This document shows positions 60,665-64,000 of a DNA stretch of 64,000 nt, one piece after another; the first letter of the stretch is position 1; each line of letters opens with the position of its first letter. The position numbers were made by a program, and so were the translations under genes. Below the pieces are notes generated by a model. That model was not told the origin of the DNA and searched no databases. It saw nothing but the letters and a program-made list of their open reading frames with translations. This DNA is from Lama guanicoe. Lineage: Eukaryota. Location: NCBI GenBank assembly GCA_013239625.1, contig MU054001.1, forward strand, positions 6,063,078 through 6,127,077, written 5' to 3'.

Positions 60665-61160
60665 CTAATCTCAAATGCTAAGTGCTTTGCTGGTAGTACC
60701 TCAACACAACAGCTCTATGAAGTAGGTATATCATTACTTCTTCTGTCTGGGAAACCGAGGGCTGCGAGGTTAAGTGTATTGCCCAGGGTCACACGGCTAG
60801 GCAAGCTGAGGTCAGCATATGGTCTGCACATGCGTGGCAGAGGTTCCCTCCAGTTCACAAGTAAATACTAAGGGGTTTATGTTGTTTATCTTGTATTTCA
60901 TAGTCATTGATTGATTTACCAACTATTTCGTGAACAACTACAAAATGGCAGGTAGTGCATAAGGCCCAATGATATATAATTGTTACTTTGACTAGCGTTC
61001 TTTAAGTGTTTCTTAACGTTAGATGCCTTGCCTTGTGAGAATAACCTTATTCTCATCCTGCACTTACAGGTGAGGAAACAGAGATGTAGAGAGTTTAGGT
61101 TCACATGCAAAGCCACATGGCTGGCAGCCGAGGAGCTGGGAATCAGACCCAGCTCCATGG
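60665..61160 (-). mobile_element. Two MIR SINE copies (~60665-60820 and ~61040-61160)
   Basis: GGGAAACCGAGG...TTGCCCAGGGTCACACGGCTAG and ACAGGTGAGGAAACAGAG...GCCACATGGCTGG MIR cores. Further MIRs lie near 780-900, 3030-3150, 4700-5030, 6230-6340, 8850-8990, 45650-45760, 47180-47320 and 63660-63740. Confidence 0.7.
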
Positions 61161-64000
61161 ACCCACAGCCACCTTCTCTGCCTTAACCCTAAACTCTCCT
61201 TCCCAGGAGAAAAATTAAAATTTAAACCCGAGTCTTGTAACTCAGAAATCTGTGTTTTTGCTATTATGTCACAAAGTCACATAAGATACTGATAAACATA
61301 GAATAAAAACCAACACTATTCTACACTTAGATCTGTTTCTACTCTGTTTATATGATATACACAGTTGTGGGAGCAATATAGCTGCTCAGGATATGGGATA
61401 AAACGGGAGCCATGATTTTCACAACCGAAGTCTTTGATTTTCACAACTGAAGTCTTCTGTCCGGTCCAGTGCCCATCCCAGGTGGGAACTCCGACGCCAT
61501 GTTCTCTGCGCTCCTTTTGTTCCACTCACCTTGAAGGCATGCTGGAAAAAAATGAAAATAATAGCACAGGCAGAATTCCAGGGAAAAGCCCCATCTACTT
61601 GAGCCAGAGGTCCCTTGACCCAGTGGGGACCCCGGCTTCCCAGAGAGACCCCAGAATCCCAGAGCAAGGCAAGAGAAGTCAGGTGGCTTCCCAAGCTCAG
61701 GCTCTGGGCCTTTGTCCCTGCTTTGGCCAAATCCTGCTCCCAGGAGTTGTCCAGCTGCTTAGTGCTTCTAGCTTTGGTGGGAGCTCTTCACATATCCCTC
61801 TCTGAGCATCTTGTAACAAACCCCAGTGAGTGCCATTTCCAGCGCTAGTCTGTGACGTGAACAACTTAAAGGAGATGAAAAACATTTCCTCTGCATATTT
61901 TTACTTGTAATGATACATGAGGTCCGCTGTTGTCGCTAAACGGAAAGCGACCCGTCACAATGCTAGTCGTCAGGAGGCTAACTCAAAACAGAAGCAGCAC
62001 AGGGTTTTTCTGCATATTAAATGCACAATCAAAGAGCCATCTGCCCCAGATGGTAATGATCGAAATTGACAGACAATTTCATTAAGTATAATCTTCAAAC
62101 TGAGACTTTCAGGAACAGCATGCAAGAAGAGGGTATGTTAAAGATTTATTATGCTTATGAACTATTTTCATACAATTATTCAAAACAGACTGAGAGTAAA
62201 TTATTTACAAAATGTACTTGAAATGAGTGTGTACATTTAGGCCTTTAGAGGGTATGCATTTATCAAAGGGCTCTTAACATCCTGCTATTTTATTTGGCAT
62301 GTGGTTTGTGTTTTAAAATATCAGTTAAGGGTTTCTTTGTTTAGAGATACTCTGCAAGCATGTCTATAAGAAACGTGAAACAAAATATGGCTGCGGATTC
62401 AGTAAAAGTACATCTGAAGGGGCAACAAATGCTGGATGTGGGCTCTGCCCATTTTATAAACTGTGCTCTCTCCAACAGGAGAGATGGTTGGGCTATTTTA
62501 AATATGAGTGGGAAATAAGTCAGACAGGCACTGATATCTTTATATATTATTAAAATGCCCTAATCTCAGGCTTTCAGAAACTTTTAGCCACATTCTTGAG
62601 CCATGATTCAAGCTAAACTTCATTCACTTTCATGTCTGTTCTCCCAGTGATCTTTCTTATCCCTTTGTTTCTCCAGGCAGAATCTGACATTTCCCATTAC
62701 CTCCTTCACTCCATCACTTTGATCTTGTAGGACTTGAGAGAGATGGAGCCTATTTCTCCTTCCTCTGAAGGGCCAGCCTGGAAACATTGGATATGATGTA
62801 GGCAGCTGTCCTCTTGAATCTGGTCAGCCTGTGTGCATTCCGACAGCGTGTCCTTCTGTCACAGGGGAAGGCCAGTGCCTAGGAGAGAGAAGGGCTGCGC
62901 TCTCTTTCTGCTCTTATGCCAAGCAGCTGGGTGCCTTGTATCATCCCATCCCCACCTGCTTCTTCCTCAAGGAAAGGAGGAATGGTTCTCAGGAGTCTAC
63001 CTTTGGAAGGCTTACCATTAGCTATAAGATCAATTCTCCTAGAATCAAATATCAGCTTAACTAAGAGAGAATGAAGAAGAAAAATGAATTAGGGGTGGTT
63101 GAACCACCAGAGATAGGCATGAAGAATGAGCTAGATTATTAATTTTTTGTTGTTTAATATTTAACAAACCAAGGCTCTCCTCTTGCCAAAACGACTCCCT
63201 GGGTGTAAATCTGGCCCAGATGGAATGAGAGGTTTCTTTTCCCCACTGCAAAGTCTGACTTTTATTGTTCCCTTTGCAGTCCTAGAATTTGTCATACGAT
63301 CTGAATTTGCCCTATTTTGTACCTATCCCACTATGCCAAAACTCAACCTGTCCTTCACTTTGCTCTTGAGTTAAATACATTCCCAGTCATTGATATATCA
63401 ATGTTCGGAACATTTCCCACAGGGCTAGCAAGTCTCCTGCTGTTTTTCCCCCCTTGGTGTCCTGGTGACTTCAGACACAGGGAAAGGACCTGGGTTTGTG
63501 ACCAAATCAGGAGGTTCAAGCTGGTAGAGGCTTTGTAGAGATCAGCTGAAGCCCAGAAAGGAGGTGACCGAGCCAGGGTCACATGAGCTGCATGATCTGG
63601 GAACCGATCAGCCCACGTGGTGTAGAGCTGCACCAACTCTGGGATCTGGCTACCAGAGATCCCAGCCTGCTCTGCCACTTGCTGAGTGTCCTCTTGGAGT
63701 CTCAGTTTTCCCACCCATTAAATGGGGGTAATAATTTCTCTCTACCTGCACAGGAATATAGGAAGAGCCCTATCAGCCCAGGGTCAGTGATTAATAGTAA
63801 AAAGAGTGACTACCCATTCCATAAAGAAATTCTCTTTACCCAAATGTTGCTACTACAGAATTCAATTTTTCATTTTGCCACCATGGGATTTAGTGTTCCC
63901 ACTTAATATTTTGTCTGTAAAATTGAGAATAAATGAGATTTTTCCAGATGGGAAAGCAATCTGCCATTCCTTCTTCCCCAAGTGTCATCAGAAATTTTAA

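Overview
Mammalian non-coding genomic DNA, most likely camelid (alpaca/llama/camel). This is inferred from a tRNA-derived SINE of the camelid type and cetartiodactyl-style L1s and LTRs; no Alu, Bov-A/BovB or PRE-1 was seen. No host protein-coding gene or RNA gene can be supported. All ORFs with recognisable protein similarity are broken LINE-1 ORF1/ORF2 pieces. Main structures: (i) a 13.6-kb nest of four same-strand L1s, three levels deep and each with its own TSD (26554-40160); the youngest is joined almost in register to the EN domain of its host; (ii) a 3-kb TSD-flanked L1 that keeps 5'UTR, ORF1 and the 3' end but lacks nearly all ORF2 (half-L1/HAL1-like, junction compatible with splicing); (iii) an L1 3' transduction (59022-59877); (iv) three same-orientation MER41-like solo LTRs within 3 kb, each with a STAT6-type TTC-N4-GAA motif; (v) several repeat-free blocks with enhancer-like motif clusters (RFX pair, PBX-HOX/MEIS cluster, triple palindrome). 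The rest is MIR, L2, MaLR/ERVL/ERV1 LTRs, hAT MITEs and microsatellites, plus one 339-N assembly gap. Repeat family names come from recall of consensus sequences, not a database search, and boundaries of old repeats are approximate. I see no evidence of a wholly new biological system; the ORF2-deleted L1s are the best lead for an undescribed non-autonomous family.
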